In this document: positions 61,910 through 64,000 of the stretch, in pieces
How the letters are laid out: each line of letters begins with the position of its first letter
Numbering within the stretch: position 1 is the first letter of the stretch
Assembly (NCBI GenBank): GCA_043814605.1
Contig: JBDRJV010000007.1
Span: 131,354-195,353 of the forward strand
Source: Candidatus Omnitrophota bacterium
Lineage (GTDB): Bacteria; Omnitrophota; Gorgyraeia; B26-G9
Direction of reading: 5' to 3'
DNA: 64,000 nt
Program-made: the position numbers and the translations under genes
The notes under the pieces: model-generated
What the model saw: only the letters and a program-made list of their open reading frames with translations
Told to the model about the DNA's origin: nothing
Databases searched by the model: none

Positions 61910-62635
61910 ATGAGATATGGAATTTTTTCTGATGTTCATGCAAATTTAGAGGCGCTGGAAACAATATTATCAGCATTTAAAAAAGAACAAATAGATAAGT
62001 ATATTTGTTTGGGGGATATTGTCGGTTATGGAGCTGATCCTGATAAATGCATTACTTTGATCAAAAAGCTTGATTCGATTAATATTGCTGGTAATCATGA
62101 CTGGGCTGTAGCCGGAATCATGGATTACGCCGATTTTAGTCCTGATGCGGCTTATGCTGTTGCCTGGACACAAAATAAAATAACTAAAACAGATCACCTT
62201 TTCTTAAAAAAATTAGAATTAAAATATGAAGATAACAATTTATCTTGTGTACATAGTGCATTAGTTAATTCAGATAAATTTCCGTATATTTATAATTACG
62301 CAGATGCTTTAACATCATTTTATAAAATACGTAAAAATATTTGTTTTATCGGGCACACGCATATACCAAGGATTTTTTGTTTTAATGCAGAGACTATCTT
62401 AATCCTGGATAAAATGCATTTTAAAATAAATTTAGATCATTTATATTTATGTAATGTTGGCAGTGTGGGCCAGCCCAGAGATTATAATCCTCAAGCTGCT
62501 TACTGTATTTACGATACGAAAAAAAAGCTTGTTGAAATTAAAAGAATTAGCTATAATATAACCCAAGCGCAGTATAAAATTAGAAAAGCAAAATTACCGG
62601 AATTCCTTGCGAAAAGGATAAGTCAGGGACGATGA
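61910..62635 (+). CDS. Metallophosphoesterase (calcineurin-like)
   Basis: SDVHAN, LGDIVGYG, GNHD, GHTH, NVGSVGQPRD. Confidence 0.9.
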   Translation: MRYGIFSDVHANLEALETILSAFKKEQIDKYICLGDIVGYGADPDKCITLIKKLDSINIAGNHDWAVAGIMDYADFSPDAAYAVAWTQNKITKTDHLFLKKLELKYEDNNLSCVHSALVNSDKFPYIYNYADALTSFYKIRKNICFIGHTHIPRIFCFNAETILILDKMHFKINLDHLYLCNVGSVGQPRDYNPQAAYCIYDTKKKLVEIKRISYNITQAQYKIRKAKLPEFLAKRISQGR

Positions 62636-63123
62636 AGATTTTTTTTAAAATCACTAAAAGTTTATTGTTATTAGTATTGGGACTTTTTTTGTGTGGATTT
62701 GAAGCAGGAGTTCAAATCGGTGATCCGGAAGAGTCCGAAGAACTTGCCAATACCCCTGTTGTTAATTATGAAGAAACTGTAACTGCAGTAAAATCTGACC
62801 TGGAATTATATCAGCAATATTATGTAATCATTGTTTCTTCTTTAGAAGAGGCCAGTTTAACTTTAACGGATAATAATCAATGGGCTTACCGGATGGCGGA
62901 TAATGCTTATCGTTATATGACTTTATTGGAAAAATTCATAGAAACAGAGAAAAAATCAGAATTTTATAGACTTAAGGATACAATAAAACCTATAGTTGCC
63001 AAACTAAAAAATGGAAATATTTCTGTAAAAGAAACACTAGAAATTCAAACATCAATAAATGCAGTGGTTAAAATGATCAAATCTAATTTCCACCGAAAAA
63101 ATATAGACCAGGTTAAAGAATGA
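62632..63123 (+). CDS. Exported hypothetical protein
   Basis: Signal peptide; overlaps both neighbours with ATGA coupling. Confidence 0.65.
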   Translation: MKIFFKITKSLLLLVLGLFLCGFEAGVQIGDPEESEELANTPVVNYEETVTAVKSDLELYQQYYVIIVSSLEEASLTLTDNNQWAYRMADNAYRYMTLLEKFIETEKKSEFYRLKDTIKPIVAKLKNGNISVKETLEIQTSINAVVKMIKSNFHRKNIDQVKE

Positions 63124-63725
63124 TTGTTGAAACAATTGTTGTGGGGGATTTGCAAACTAATTGCTATTTAGTTTATAATGAAACAACTAAAGCCGGGATT
63201 CTAATTGATCCTGGGGCAGATGAGTTAATCATAAAAAGTTTTTTAAAAAAAACCGGTGTTTCCTTAGCCGCGGTTATTTTAACGCACGGGCATTATGATC
63301 ATATCGGAATTATTGATAAGTTCAATGTGCCGGTGTATATACAGGAGAAGGATTATAAATTACTGGGTGATTCTGCGAGTAATCTTTCGGCAGTTTTCGG
63401 TAGAGGGAAAATTTTTAAAATCCAGGCGGAATTATTAAAAGAGCAAAAAGATTTAATTTTAGCAGGATTAAAGTTTAAGGTTTTATATACGCCAGGGCAT
63501 ACACCGGGAGGTATTTGTTTGCAGATTGGTTCGATTCTATTCAGTGGAGATACTTTATTTTTTCACGGAGTGGGCCGGACAGATTTACCGGGCGGGTCTT
63601 TTAAGCACTTAATGCAATCGATTAAAACGCAGCTACTCGTGCTGGAACCAAAAACAAAAGTTTTTCCTGGGCACGGACCACCGACAACGATTTTTGCTGA
63701 AATTAAAGAGAATGAATACGCATGA
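63120..63725 (+). CDS. MBL-fold metallo-hydrolase (glyoxalase II/YcbL-like)
   Basis: TNCY, IDPG, THGHYDH, TPGHTPG, SGDTLF, PGHG. Confidence 0.9.
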   Translation: MIVETIVVGDLQTNCYLVYNETTKAGILIDPGADELIIKSFLKKTGVSLAAVILTHGHYDHIGIIDKFNVPVYIQEKDYKLLGDSASNLSAVFGRGKIFKIQAELLKEQKDLILAGLKFKVLYTPGHTPGGICLQIGSILFSGDTLFFHGVGRTDLPGGSFKHLMQSIKTQLLVLEPKTKVFPGHGPPTTIFAEIKENEYA

Positions 63726-64000
63726 TAAGTTTAACTGTAAGAGAAAGGTATTTATTTTTAGTTTATTTAGGTATAATACTTATAATCGGGCTTTATTTCG
63801 GCTTGTTTAGATTTGCTGTGCCAGCGCACTTTAACATTAATGAAAAAATAGTTCAAAATGAAAATATTTTAATTAAGATTTATGCAATTTTAAATAAAAA
63901 AGAAATTGTAGAAAAACAATACCATGCTTTTTTAAATAAGTTTAAACAAATTGATAAAGGAAAAATTGGCTCAACGGAAATTTTACAAGATATTAAAGGC
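63722..64000 (+). CDS. GspM/PilO-like membrane protein (3' partial)
   Basis: Not in the ORF track. ATGA-coupled ORF MISLTVRERYLFLVYLGIILIIGLYFGLF..., followed by a coiled coil and open to the window end. Confidence 0.55.
   Translation, partial: MISLTVRERYLFLVYLGIILIIGLYFGLFRFAVPAHFNINEKIVQNENILIKIYAILNKKEIVEKQYHAFLNKFKQIDKGKIGSTEILQDIKG

Overview
AT-rich bacterial chromosome segment, mostly housekeeping genes on the + strand. Gene order and protein style suggest a PVC-superphylum/Omnitrophota-like organism (inference). Core blocks are tgt-yajC-secDF-rnfEA-xerD, tRNA-Arg(CCG), cca-rbfA-nrnA-truB-ribF, lysC-cimA-valS-nadC-pilT-uvrB-birA-coaX, CIRCE-groESL, guaB3-aspS, phoH-7TM-HD-ybeY-dgkA-recO-glyQS-ppdK-sigma-apt, tRNA-Arg(CCT), a GH94-like gene, ispH and a prenyl synthase. 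One intact IS4-family element sits between birA and coaX. Most notable observations: (1) two otherwise unrelated large proteins flanking tgt share an N-terminal L[AS]PxLxLxxxxL motif and a C-terminal [IV][DE]xAI-stop motif, a candidate secretion/sorting signature, and one carries a signal peptide plus a NadD-like nucleotidyltransferase; (2) the IS4 transposase has a second 323-codon same-strand reading frame that appears to be kept open; (3) dispersed 7-bp-period palindromic repeats, one in frame inside valS and one targeted by the IS; (4) CCGG enrichment in core genes; (5) an Arg-to-Leu change in the invariant motif 2 of AspRS. No CRISPR array, rRNA or prophage was seen.
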